A stretch of DNA of 32,000 nt from contig CP095464.1 in NCBI GenBank assembly GCA_021294815.2, positions 120,001 through 152,000 on the forward strand, given 5' to 3'. Position 1 is the stretch's first letter; each line of letters starts with the position of its first letter. The position numbers and the translations under genes were made by a program. The stretch is from Verrucomicrobiota bacterium. GTDB taxonomy: Bacteria > Verrucomicrobiota > Verrucomicrobiia > Opitutales > LL51. Below are positions 8,633 through 18,416 of this stretch, piece by piece. The notes beneath the pieces were generated by a model, which ran no database searches, was not told the origin of the DNA, and was given only the letters and a program-made list of their open reading frames with translations.

Positions 8633-9586
8633 ATGACCCTAAATATCGGCATTATTGGCGCAACTGGAATTATCGGACGAAATTTGGTGGAGTTTTTTCG
8701 AAAAAAGCCCTCCATGCGGCTTTTTTTATACGCGTCATCACACTCTCTGACGCGAGCGATTACTATTAAGGATCAATTATTTCCAGTAGCGTCCATAGGT
8801 CCCGGAATTTTCAAATCCCTCGATTGGGCGATTTTTGCAACCTCGGCTCCAACGGCTAAGGAGTATATCCCTCACGCCCTGCGCCATTCCTGCCGTGTAA
8901 TTGATTTGAGCGCTGCTTTCCGCCTGGATCTCAATGTTTTTTTGTTTTGCGCCGGTGTTAATGAAGAAAATTTTCCGAAAAATGCACCTATTATTGCTTG
9001 TCCAAATTGTACAACCTCATTAATCGCCAAGGTACTTGCGCCACTTCATAGGCAATTTCCTTTAAAAGGTTTTTTGGTCAGCACCTATCAGTCAATTTCG
9101 GGAGCAGGCTGGCGCGCAGTTCAAGCCTGGCAGCAACAGCTTACAACAGAAATATCTAGCGACCGGTCCATTGTTCCACTAGCCCACAACTGTACTCCCT
9201 GGATTGATCCAATTGAAAATTCGCCACACACGGGCGAGGAAGAATCGATTGTTCGTGAAAGCAAAAAGTTACTCCAACAGCCCGATCTAAAAATTTCGGC
9301 GACCTGTGTGCGTGTTTCCTGTGAACGTGGTCACGGCATTGCACTTACTGCCCAGTTCCGCCAAAACATTTCCCCTGCGACTATCCAAAAATGTCTTTCT
9401 CAATCACCAACACTCATTCATGCTGATAAAACACCCATCGAATGCACCGGCGACGATTACGTCTACTACTCGCGCATCCGAACGGCTGAATTTCCCGAAA
9501 ACGCCACCTCGCTTTGGATTACGGGAGACCAAATCACCGCCGGCACCATTGCGAATGTCGACGGTATACTAAAAAAATGGACTTAA
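8633..9586 (+). CDS. asd: Aspartate-semialdehyde dehydrogenase
   Basis: The product shows IGIIGATGIIG (NAD(P) fold), the active-site region IACPNCTTSLIAKVLAPL, YQSISGAGWRAV and TCVRVSCERGHG. The start is moved to the ATG at 8633 because an AGGA lies 6 nt upstream. The track ORF begins at 8600. Confidence 0.85.
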   Translation: MTLNIGIIGATGIIGRNLVEFFRKKPSMRLFLYASSHSLTRAITIKDQLFPVASIGPGIFKSLDWAIFATSAPTAKEYIPHALRHSCRVIDLSAAFRLDLNVFLFCAGVNEENFPKNAPIIACPNCTTSLIAKVLAPLHRQFPLKGFLVSTYQSISGAGWRAVQAWQQQLTTEISSDRSIVPLAHNCTPWIDPIENSPHTGEEESIVRESKKLLQQPDLKISATCVRVSCERGHGIALTAQFRQNISPATIQKCLSQSPTLIHADKTPIECTGDDYVYYSRIRTAEFPENATSLWITGDQITAGTIANVDGILKKWT

Positions 9587-9589
9587 AAG

Positions 9590-9823
9590 CTACGCCGCCT
9601 TTTGGACTTTGCCCGCCTTGATGGCTTTGACACAAACCAATACGCGCTTCACCTGACCAGAAGGAAGCACAATGCGCACTCGCTGGAGATTAGCTTTGAA
9701 AACACGGCGTGTACGCTTAATGATGTGCGTACCAATTCCGCCGCTCTTTTTCGTCTGACCACGCCGGCGAATACGGCTCCCCTTCACCTGGCTTTTCCCC
9801 GTAATAAAACAAACTCGCGACAT
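9590..9823 (-). CDS. rpmB: 50S ribosomal protein L28
   Basis: The 77-aa product begins MSRVCFITGK and continues ...GTHIIKRTRRVFKANLQ..., typical of L28. An AAGGGG Shine-Dalgarno lies upstream. Confidence 0.9.
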   Translation of the reverse strand: MSRVCFITGKSQVKGSRIRRRGQTKKSGGIGTHIIKRTRRVFKANLQRVRIVLPSGQVKRVLVCVKAIKAGKVQKAA

Positions 9824-10103
9824 AAATTTCCCCTTTTCTGAAAAGTAAAATAGATCTTGTTCCGAAGCAAGCCTTTTTGAATGCAGTACTTAGCCTAGCA
9901 GCTGTGTTCTTCGGATTCCGAGGTTTCCACAGTTTCCGAAGAATCGCTACGACGCGCTACCTGGCGAAACCCGAGGTCATCGTACGCCCCCCAAGCTACA
10001 ATAATGCAAATCTGCTTCGCACCCACACTCACTGGACACCTCCTACCTTGGCACCTTCTATACTACCTACCATACATCCGCATTTTTAAAACAACCTGAA
10101 TTT

Positions 10104-12278
10104 TTATCGACGACGACTTTCTCGTGAAGGTGAGCGCCTTGGTTGACGGCTAGCTGTGTAATCCTCCCCCTTAGCGACACAAATCACCGCGCGCCGACTT
10201 AAACGTACGCGACCCCGATCATCTACACCGATACACTTCACAATAATTTCGTCTCCGAGTTTGCAGACGTCTTCGACATTTTCGACGCGAAAATCCGCAA
10301 GTTCTGAAACATGGACCATCCCCTCTTTCCCGGGGAGGCATTCGACAAAGACACCAAAATCTTTAATCGATTTTACGATACCCTTGTAGGTCTTCCCGAC
10401 TTCGATCTCGGCATTCATGAGGTTAATTTCCTCTAAAACTCGATCGAGTGCCTCTTGGTTAGGCGCAAAGATCATTACACGACCGCTATTGTCTTCGTTA
10501 ATATCGATCTGTGCACCGGTTTCCTCCGTGATACGCTTGATATTTTTTCCACCAGAGCCAATCAATGCACCGATTTTTTCGGGGTTGATTTGGACTTCTC
10601 GAAACCCTGGTGCGGAAGGTTTCAAACACGGATTGACTCCGGGTTGTGCGGCAAGCATGACTTCCAAAATCTTTGCCCGTGCTTCCTTATTACGATAGAT
10701 CGCCTCTTTCGCGACTTCCAAAGGGAGTCCTTTAATTTTCAGGTCGAGCTGGAAACCTGTAATGCCATTCGCCGTACCACAGATTTTGAAATCCATGTCG
10801 CCGAAATGATCTTCATCGCCGATAATATCCGTCAAAACAACATGTCGCAGCAAATTGCCAAACTCGTCGAACTCGGTTACTAATCCTGTCGAAATACCGG
10901 AAACAGGGGCCAAAATCGGCACACCGGCGTCCATCAACGCCAAGCAACCGCCACAAACCGATGCCATTGAAGAGGACCCGTTCGATCCCATAATATCTGA
11001 AACAATTCGAATCGAATACGGAAAAACTTCTTCCGAAGGGACGACCGGTGATAACGAACGTTCCGCGAGCGCACCATGGCCAATCTCCCGCCGTCCAACA
11101 CCATTTGTTCGCCCTGTCTCTCCAACGCAGTAAGGCGGGAAGTTATAGTGTAGAACAAAGGTCTTGGTTTTAATACCGCCGGTAATGGCGTCGAGTTCTT
11201 GGACATCACGCGAAGAGCCTAAGGTTAGGCTGACGAGTGCTTGGGTTTCTCCACGTTCAAAGAGTGCCGTTCCGTGGACACGTGGTAAAACATTGGTCTC
11301 ACAATGAAGCGGACGGATTTCATCAATCGCACGTCCATCTACCCGCCGGTTTTTGTCTAAAATGTTATTCCGATAGAGCGACTCCTTGATCGATTCGAGT
11401 GCCATCTTAACCTGAACTTCGTCACAAGCGGCTTCACCAACTGTTCTGAGAACCTCTTCTCGAACTTTCGCTTCAATCTGATCAACATCACGTTCCCGTT
11501 GGATCTTATTTGGCTGGAAGATGACGACGGCGAGATCTTCTTCAAACTTTTGGCAGATCTCCATGACATGATCCGGAACCGTATGGAGTTCAAAATTCCG
11601 CTTCGCTTTTCCAGAAAGCTGTACGAGTTCTTTCTGAGCTTGGATAATGGGCTGAATCTGCTCGTGCGCAAAGGCAAGCGCTTCGATAAAACGATCTTCT
11701 GGAAGCTGGTCGGCATTCCCTTCGATCATCATCATATCGCGTTCATTCCCGACATAAATTAGATCTAAACGCGAATGGAGCATTTCTTCGTTTGTCGGAT
11801 TGACGACAAATTCCCCATCAATTTCGCCTACACGAACACAGCCAATTGGACCGTACCAGGGAATATCGGAGCATGCAAGCGCCGCTGAAGCACCGTTGAC
11901 CATCAGGATATCGCCTTCGTTCTTACCATCTGCTGATAAGAGCATGCCAATGACCTGAACTTCGTTCATAAACCCTTCGGGAAAGAGCGGTCGTAATGGA
12001 CGGTCACAGAGGCGAGAAATGAGAATTTCCTTCTCCGAAGGCTTCCCTTCGCGCTTCTGATAACCGCCCGGGAATTTTCCAGCAGCCGAAAATCGTTCCC
12101 GGTAATCAACCGTTAAGGGGAAGAAATCCTGTCCTGGAAAACAAGTTTTCGCCGCAACCGTACTGACAAACACACTTGTTTCGCCGAGCGTTACGACGAC
12201 AGAACCATTTGCTTGAAGTGCTAGGGTACCGGTTGAAAACGATAGGCCCCCACCCTCCACACTAAAACGTTGTTTCAT
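10104..12278 (-). CDS. pnp: Polynucleotide phosphorylase
   Basis: Two RNase PH domains are followed by KH ([13 protein letters not shown]) and S1 ([19 protein letters not shown]) domains. The track ORF starts at 12320 and overlaps rpsO. I prefer Met15 (ATG at 12276-12278, [11 protein letters not shown]...), which matches the usual PNPase N-terminus. Confidence 0.9.
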   Translation of the reverse strand: MKQRFSVEGGGLSFSTGTLALQANGSVVVTLGETSVFVSTVAAKTCFPGQDFFPLTVDYRERFSAAGKFPGGYQKREGKPSEKEILISRLCDRPLRPLFPEGFMNEVQVIGMLLSADGKNEGDILMVNGASAALACSDIPWYGPIGCVRVGEIDGEFVVNPTNEEMLHSRLDLIYVGNERDMMMIEGNADQLPEDRFIEALAFAHEQIQPIIQAQKELVQLSGKAKRNFELHTVPDHVMEICQKFEEDLAVVIFQPNKIQRERDVDQIEAKVREEVLRTVGEAACDEVQVKMALESIKESLYRNNILDKNRRVDGRAIDEIRPLHCETNVLPRVHGTALFERGETQALVSLTLGSSRDVQELDAITGGIKTKTFVLHYNFPPYCVGETGRTNGVGRREIGHGALAERSLSPVVPSEEVFPYSIRIVSDIMGSNGSSSMASVCGGCLALMDAGVPILAPVSGISTGLVTEFDEFGNLLRHVVLTDIIGDEDHFGDMDFKICGTANGITGFQLDLKIKGLPLEVAKEAIYRNKEARAKILEVMLAAQPGVNPCLKPSAPGFREVQINPEKIGALIGSGGKNIKRITEETGAQIDINEDNSGRVMIFAPNQEALDRVLEEINLMNAEIEVGKTYKGIVKSIKDFGVFVECLPGKEGMVHVSELADFRVENVEDVCKLGDEIIVKCIGVDDRGRVRLSRRAVICVAKGEDYTASRQPRRSPSRESRRR

Positions 12279-12282
12279 CGTA

Positions 12283-12567
12283 CTATCGGCGGAGTTCGAG
12301 GCGCTGTAAAAGCTCCCCATATTTGTTAAAGTCCGTGCGTTTCAGATAATTTAATAACTTGCGCCGGCGATTTGCCATCGTTACCAGACCGCGACGCGTA
12401 TGGAAATCCTTTTTATGAACCGCGAGATGCTCAGTGAGGTGGGTAATTCGCGCCGTTAACAGTGCGATCTGGACCTCACACGACCCGGTATCACCTTCGT
12501 GTACCTGGTATTCATTAATGATCTTACTTTTTTCGAGATATTCTACTTTCGACATTTTTAGACTCAT
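12283..12567 (-). CDS. rpsO: 30S ribosomal protein S15
   Basis: The product aligns well with E. coli S15: [34 protein letters not shown]...[10 protein letters not shown]. The start may be Met1 (12567) or Met5 (12555). Confidence 0.9.
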   Translation of the reverse strand: MSLKMSKVEYLEKSKIINEYQVHEGDTGSCEVQIALLTARITHLTEHLAVHKKDFHTRRGLVTMANRRRKLLNYLKRTDFNKYGELLQRLELRR

Positions 12568-12763
12568 TTCACAGGCAGACGATCACCCGATCGCCCGTGT
12601 ATCAGTACCTCACCGATATCACCGCTTTCGAAGGCCTGCGGCAGAGAATCCTGCTAGCGTATCCTCGTGACCCTACGCCTCCTCAAAAACTTTTCAAGCC
12701 TAATTCACACCCTCAATGATGCTATAGCGTTGCAAGCTTTATGAGGATTCTATTGTATTCCCT

Positions 12764-13825
12764 ATGAATATCCTACTGGCCTGTGGAGGATCTGGGGGGC
12801 ATATTGCGCCGGCAATTGCGCTTGCCGAGCGACTTCCCGAGCATCGCTGTACCTTCATTATTAGTCATAAACAGGTCGATACCCTTTTTACGGAAAAATA
12901 TCCACAGTTTGAATTTATTCGTATTGGAGCTGCTCCATTTCACATGTCCCCTCTTGCCCTCGGACGATTTTTACGCTCCCAACTCACCTCGCTCCGGTTT
13001 GCATATAAATTTCTCAAACAACGACATATCGATCTCGTCATTTCCTTTGGGGGCTTTACGTCTCTAGGATTTGTATTAGCCGCAAAGATGCGACACATAC
13101 CGATTATCCTTCACGAATCGAATCAGATCCCGGGGAAATCGACACGCGTTTTAGCAAAATTTGCCAACAAAATTATCCTTCCTCCAGAGGTGTTTTTAAA
13201 ACGCCACAAATATCAAACTAAAACGGTTTCCTTAGACTATCCCATTCGGAAGGAATTTGTCGCGATTTCTCAGGCAGATGCACGTGAACAATTGGGTTGG
13301 CCAGCACTCAAAAAAATTGTCTTAATCCTCGGCGGTAGCAATGGTGCCCTTTCGCTGAACAAATGGGCCGAACAAAACTTTTCGAAATTCGCCCATCATA
13401 ACCTCGATTTTTACTGTATCGCCGGAACGGCTATGCGCCAAGAGTACGCGGTCAACCACGAAGATTGTACGCTCCATATGCTCCCCTTTTGTCACGAGAT
13501 GAACCTCGCGATTCGTGCAAGCGATCTCGTGATTTCGCGTGCCGGTGCAGGCGCAATCGCGGAATGCCGTTATTGCAAGCGCCCGATGATCCTCGTCCCC
13601 TACCCGCTTGCAGCCGATCAACACCAACGTGCTAATGCCCGTGCAGCAGAATTACTTGGCGTTGCAACGATGGTCGAACAAGATGAAATCGACCGTCTAG
13701 CACCGAAGATTTTAGAATTCTTCGACTCCAAAACAATGTCCAGCGCGATGCAACGTGCACTCGAAATTACATTCGTCCCCGATGCGGCGGAACAGTTTGC
13801 GCACCTTGTTCGATCGATGCTCTAA
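12764..13825 (+). CDS. murG: UDP-N-acetylglucosamine--N-acetylmuramyl-(pentapeptide) pyrophosphoryl-undecaprenol GlcNAc transferase
   Basis: The 353-aa product begins ILLACGGSGGHIAPAIALAE (G-loop 1). It also has LILGGSNGA, and RAGAGAIAE followed by PYPLAADQHQRANA, typical of MurG. Confidence 0.9.
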   Translation: MNILLACGGSGGHIAPAIALAERLPEHRCTFIISHKQVDTLFTEKYPQFEFIRIGAAPFHMSPLALGRFLRSQLTSLRFAYKFLKQRHIDLVISFGGFTSLGFVLAAKMRHIPIILHESNQIPGKSTRVLAKFANKIILPPEVFLKRHKYQTKTVSLDYPIRKEFVAISQADAREQLGWPALKKIVLILGGSNGALSLNKWAEQNFSKFAHHNLDFYCIAGTAMRQEYAVNHEDCTLHMLPFCHEMNLAIRASDLVISRAGAGAIAECRYCKRPMILVPYPLAADQHQRANARAAELLGVATMVEQDEIDRLAPKILEFFDSKTMSSAMQRALEITFVPDAAEQFAHLVRSML

Positions 13826-15306
13826 TAAGATTTTGCCCACACAACACGTCGTGCCGTCGGCTGCTGGCTATAGAAGCACGGGCTCGTTTCGTCCGTATCC
13901 GGCAAAACACAGCGAATCGTAATGTTGTAGCGTTCTTTCATCTGGGCTTCAATCGCACAATCTTCACACAAATGAGTTACAACAAATCCGCCCTTTGCCG
14001 TCGCCCAGAAGTCTTCAAACTCCGGTAACGTATGAATCGTCCTCGTCTGCGCATCACGGAACGCCCGCGCTCGCTCCAGTAATCCTTCCTGAATCGACTG
14101 CAATTCCGTCGGTAATTTTTCCCAAAACTCCTCCACAGGCATCGAAAACGATTCCATTGTATACCGGCGCAGGCCGTACACCGAGCGGTTTTTGAGATCG
14201 CGTGGCCCAACTTCTAAAATCAACGGCACACCTTTCTTAATCCAGGACCATTTCTTTTCGCCACCATTGCGATCTTTCGTATCCACAAAAACGCGAATCG
14301 CTTCTCCGGCATAAGTTCTTTCAACCATCCGTTGCTCTAGTTCTCGGCAATACGTAATCACCGCCTCGGCATCCGCTTCGTGATGAATGATTGGCAAAAT
14401 AACGACGTGATACGCCGCAAGACGTGGCGGTAAAACCAGCCCATCATCATCGGAGTGCGTCATAATCAACCCTCCAATCAAGCGCGTCGATGAACCCCAG
14501 GATGCGGTCCAAGCAAATTGTTCTTGGTTATTGCGATCGATAAAGCGAATATTGCTCGAACGGGCAAAATTCTGCCCTAAAAAGTGTGAGGTCCCTGCCT
14601 GCAACGCCTTCCCATCTTGCATCATCGCTTCAATACAAAGGGTCTGGACTGCGCCAGCAAAACGTTCTGCGGCCGTCTTTTCGCCACACAATACCGGCAT
14701 CGCCATATCATATTCGGCAAAATCTCGGTAGACTTCGACCATTCGCTGCGCCTCCTCCTGAGCTTCTTCGGCCGTCTCGTGAACCGTATGCCCTTCTTGC
14801 CACAAAAATTCCGATGTCCGTAAAAACAATCGTGTCCGCATCTCCCAGCGCACTACATTCGCCCACTGATTGATTAAAATCGGCAAATCGCGATACGAAT
14901 GCACCCAGCGCGCAAATGATGCACCAATAATGGTTTCCGATGTCGGACGTATCACAAGTGGCTCTTCTAACGGTGATGTCGGAATTAATTTCCCTTCCTC
15001 CGTCGCCTGTAACCTTGAATGCGTTACAACAGCACATTCTTTCGCAAATCCCTCGGCATGTTCTGCTTCCTGTTCGAGGTAGCGTAACGGGATAAATAGC
15101 GGGAAATAGGCATTCTGATGTCCCGTCGCCTTAAACATCGCATCGAGGCGTTTTTGCATTTGCTCCCAAATCGCATACCCCCAGGGTTTTATGACCATAC
15201 ACCCGCGTACCTCGCTATTTTCAGCAAGATCGGCTTCACGAACGACCTGCTGATACCACTCCGGGTAATTTTCGCTACGGGTTGGTGTGATTGCAAATTT
15301 TCTCAT
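13822..15306 (-). CDS. proS: Prolyl-tRNA synthetase, archaeal/eukaryote-like (Thermus-type) form
   Basis: The 494-aa product closely matches my recollection of T. thermophilus ProRS: TGHQNAYFPLFIP, RPTSET, NQWANVVRWEMRTRLFLRTSEFLWQEGHT, GKALQAGTSHFLGQNFA and LVLPPRLA. It ends in ...WAKSY (conserved C-terminal Tyr) and has no bacterial INS editing domain. Confidence 0.9.
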   Translation of the reverse strand: MRKFAITPTRSENYPEWYQQVVREADLAENSEVRGCMVIKPWGYAIWEQMQKRLDAMFKATGHQNAYFPLFIPLRYLEQEAEHAEGFAKECAVVTHSRLQATEEGKLIPTSPLEEPLVIRPTSETIIGASFARWVHSYRDLPILINQWANVVRWEMRTRLFLRTSEFLWQEGHTVHETAEEAQEEAQRMVEVYRDFAEYDMAMPVLCGEKTAAERFAGAVQTLCIEAMMQDGKALQAGTSHFLGQNFARSSNIRFIDRNNQEQFAWTASWGSSTRLIGGLIMTHSDDDGLVLPPRLAAYHVVILPIIHHEADAEAVITYCRELEQRMVERTYAGEAIRVFVDTKDRNGGEKKWSWIKKGVPLILEVGPRDLKNRSVYGLRRYTMESFSMPVEEFWEKLPTELQSIQEGLLERARAFRDAQTRTIHTLPEFEDFWATAKGGFVVTHLCEDCAIEAQMKERYNITIRCVLPDTDETSPCFYSQQPTARRVVWAKSY

Positions 15307-15319
15307 TGATCAAAAAAAA

Positions 15320-18019
15320 TTATAGGACTAGCGACAGGCGTCTTAAGGTTTCTTCAAGCTGTGTCTTTTTAGCGAAATTCTCGGCCAATAGGTCGCGTGC
15401 TCCCTGGATGACCTTTTCGGGCGCACTCGCTAAAAAATTTTCGTTGTGCAGTTTTTGCTCACCGAGTTCGATCAGCTTTACGACCTGTGCGAGCGCTTGT
15501 GTCAGGCGCGCTTTCTCGGCTTCAACATCAAGGCTCTCGGTTAATCCAATATAAATCGTTCCTAAGCCAACAGTACTCATCGGAAGTTGTAGCGGCCGCT
15601 CGACCAGTTTGATGTTTTGAGTTTTTAAGAGCGCTTTGAGTTGGTCGAGATGTCGTTCGAGAGTCACCTGCCCCCCCCCTTCCGCCTGATAATAAAGCGG
15701 TACATCTTTTGTCGAAGAAAGTCCGAACTGTGCCTTAAGCGCACGTGCTGCAACGACCCACTCATGGATCGCATCGACTTCCGCTAATAACGCATCTGCA
15801 TTTTGAAAATCAATTTTCTTTAATACCTGTTTGAGCTCCTCTGAACTTTCCAACAACACCTCACCGATAAACTGTTGGCCATAGGCGTGCTGGTGCCAGA
15901 GTTCTTCCGTGATAAACGGAATCATCGGGTGTAATAACAAAAGCAATTGACGTAAAATCAGATCATGAACCGCTAAAACCGTCGCCGAAGCCCGGGTCTT
16001 TGAAATCTCGATGTACCAGTCGCAATAGTGTGTCCAGAAAAAGGTATAAATGATCTGCGCCGCACGATTGAACTCATAAGCCTCCATCGCGCGTTCAAAT
16101 GCTTCAACGGTTGTGATGAGTCTCCATAAAATCGCACGGTCATCCGCTTCAAGCTGTTCGATATCGATTGGCTCGATAATCGCCGTTAACGAAGTCCGAT
16201 CGCTCTCTGTGGGATGTGATTGCCGGAAGCGAAAGGCATTCCATAACTTCGTGCAAAACTTTTTGCCAAGCGCGACACGCTCTTCAGAAAATAAGACATC
16301 CTGACCTTGAGGTGACATGAGTAAGAGCCCTAAACGCAACCCATCCGCACCGTATTTATCGACCAAATCAAGTGGATCGGGAGAGTTGCCTAAACTCTTG
16401 GACATTTTCCTTCCTAAATGATCGCGAACAATCCCGGTAAAATAGACGTTGCGAAATGGAATCGTTTTGCGGATTTCTTCGGATGAGAGTGTTTCTCCTG
16501 TGCCTAAAAAGTTTAAGCCCATCATGATCATCCGTGCGACCCAGAAAAAGATAATATCGGGCCCCGTGACGAGATCCGTTGTCGGATAAAAATATGAAAA
16601 CCCGTTACGCTGCATCGCCTCCGTATCCGGCCAGCCAAAAACCCCCATCGGCCAAATCGCTGACGAAAACCACGTGTCTAGTACATCTTCATCTTGTTCC
16701 CAATTCTCGGGGTCGGCCGGACCATCAACCGAGACATGCCAATTTTGAGGATCATCGCGATCTGTGTGCTTGCGGTACCATACCGGAATACGGTGTCCCC
16801 ACCATAACTGCCGGCTGATACACCAATCGCGCAGATTATCGAGCCAATAGAGGTAAGTTTTGGCCCAACGCTCGGGACGGAATTGAATGATCCCTTCGGC
16901 CACTGCCCGCTTCGCCTCCTCTACGCGGGGATATTTTAAAAACCACTGCTGTGATAGCCGCGGCTCAATCGGTACGTTTGCACGCTCTGAAAATCCTACA
17001 TTATTTTCATACGCCTCCTCTTTCACCAGGAGGCCACTTTGTTTCAAATAAATTCCGGCCTGTTTACGGGCTTCAAAACGTTCGAGACCGGCGAGTACAC
17101 CGGCAGTAGCATTCATATACCCTCTTGGGTCGATGACGCTAATGGCTTCGAGTTGATGGCGCTGGCCGATTTCAAAGTCCACAATATCGTGTGCTGGCGT
17201 TACTTTCAGTGCACCTGTTCCAAAGTCCTTCAACACGGCGGCGTCGGCTACAATCGGAATCTCTTTGCGCTCGATCGGCCGCCAACAGTGTAATCCGATA
17301 TAGGCCTGATAGCGCTCATCCTCTGGGTGTACTGCCACCGCGGTATCGCCTGGAATCGTTTCCGGACGTGTCGTGGCGACGGTTAAAAATTCCCCGGGCT
17401 TTTCAACGATCTCATAGCGGACGTAATAGAGTGTGGAAGCCTGAGGACGCATAATGACCTCTTCATCGCTGAGCGCTGTTTGACTGACGGGACACCAATT
17501 GACCATGCGAAGGCCCTTATAAATTCGCCCCTGCTGATAGAGCTTCACAAACGCTATTTGTACTGCGCGAGCATAATCCGGATCGAGTGTATATTTAAGC
17601 GAGGACCAGTCACACGAAACACCGAGTCGCTTGAGTTGTTCGAGAATGGTATTGCCATTTCTCTCACGCCAAGCCCGTGCATGTTCTAAAAACGCCTCAC
17701 GTCCCATTTCACGACGCGATTTTCCTGCTTTTAGGAGTTCTTTTTCGACCTTTATTTGGAGAGAAATTCCTGCATGATCGGTACCTGGGATCCAAACGGC
17801 GGACCGATTTTTTTGTCGCGCGCGGCGAACCAACACATCCTGGAGGGTATTATTAAGGGCATGGCCCATATGAAGGATTCCCGTTACATTCGGCGGTGGG
17901 ATCACGATAGCATACGCCGTACGTTTAGGGTCTACTTTTTTATGAAACAGCCCGGCATTGGTCCACTGCGCATACCATTTTTTCTCCAAATCTCCTGGGA
18001 CGTAAGTCAGATCAACCAT
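15320..18019 (-). CDS. valS: Valyl-tRNA synthetase
   Basis: The 899-aa product has HMGH (HIGH-type) at PPPNVTGILHMGHALN and KMSKS at GRKMSKSLGN. The CP1 region and the C-terminal coiled coil are present. Confidence 0.95.
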   Translation of the reverse strand: MVDLTYVPGDLEKKWYAQWTNAGLFHKKVDPKRTAYAIVIPPPNVTGILHMGHALNNTLQDVLVRRARQKNRSAVWIPGTDHAGISLQIKVEKELLKAGKSRREMGREAFLEHARAWRERNGNTILEQLKRLGVSCDWSSLKYTLDPDYARAVQIAFVKLYQQGRIYKGLRMVNWCPVSQTALSDEEVIMRPQASTLYYVRYEIVEKPGEFLTVATTRPETIPGDTAVAVHPEDERYQAYIGLHCWRPIERKEIPIVADAAVLKDFGTGALKVTPAHDIVDFEIGQRHQLEAISVIDPRGYMNATAGVLAGLERFEARKQAGIYLKQSGLLVKEEAYENNVGFSERANVPIEPRLSQQWFLKYPRVEEAKRAVAEGIIQFRPERWAKTYLYWLDNLRDWCISRQLWWGHRIPVWYRKHTDRDDPQNWHVSVDGPADPENWEQDEDVLDTWFSSAIWPMGVFGWPDTEAMQRNGFSYFYPTTDLVTGPDIIFFWVARMIMMGLNFLGTGETLSSEEIRKTIPFRNVYFTGIVRDHLGRKMSKSLGNSPDPLDLVDKYGADGLRLGLLLMSPQGQDVLFSEERVALGKKFCTKLWNAFRFRQSHPTESDRTSLTAIIEPIDIEQLEADDRAILWRLITTVEAFERAMEAYEFNRAAQIIYTFFWTHYCDWYIEISKTRASATVLAVHDLILRQLLLLLHPMIPFITEELWHQHAYGQQFIGEVLLESSEELKQVLKKIDFQNADALLAEVDAIHEWVVAARALKAQFGLSSTKDVPLYYQAEGGGQVTLERHLDQLKALLKTQNIKLVERPLQLPMSTVGLGTIYIGLTESLDVEAEKARLTQALAQVVKLIELGEQKLHNENFLASAPEKVIQGARDLLAENFAKKTQLEETLRRLSLVL

Positions 18020-18139
18020 CGCAGCGAACGTAACTAAAACCGCTTACAAGGGAAGTCCAAATCACACATCAATTCAGCGCTTCAATTAATTTTTAACTCC
18101 GAGATTGACAGCGTAGATGAAGTTAGAAGAGTGGCCTCG

Positions 18140-18235
18140 GACTGGGTACTATGCAATTGCGAGCCGGCTAACTCCGCCAGGTCTGGAAGGAAGCAACGGT
18201 CGTCAGGCCTCCGATGTGCCGTAGTTTGCCTAGTC
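18140..18235 (+). ncRNA. ffs: Signal recognition particle RNA (small 4.5S type)
   Basis: Domain IV motif CAGGTCTGGAAGGAAGCAACGG compares with E. coli CAGGUCCGGAAGGAAGCAGCC. The terminal helix GACTGGGTA (18140-18148) pairs with TGCCTAGTC (18227-18235), with two G-U pairs, and is followed by TTTT. TTGACA at 18105-18110 could be a -35 box, but the -10 is poor. The ends are approximate to within about 10 nt. Confidence 0.8.
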
Positions 18236-18416
18236 TTTTCCTGAGGGACTTTTGTTTGTTGTTGCTCCTCTTCTCAAAACTTCATCCCTATTTACTCGTT
18301 GCCCTAAAGTAAACGCTTGAGAATTTGATCATCACTTTTCATGCATCGTTAGTTGCTATTCGTTTGCTATTTTTTGAAATATTTTTACTCTATTCCCCCA
18401 AAGGATTGGGTGGAAT

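Noticed and set aside
9877-10089. 70-aa plus-strand ORF in the pnp-rpmB spacer
   Set aside because: It has no ribosome-binding site and runs antisense to the flow of the flanking operon. The minus-strand 45-codon ORF with an AGGAGG is the better, still weak, candidate.
12729-12766. 8-codon uORF (MRILLYSL) whose TGA overlaps the murG ATG
   Set aside because: It is too short to separate from chance and has no Shine-Dalgarno of its own. I noted it only because murG also lacks an obvious Shine-Dalgarno.
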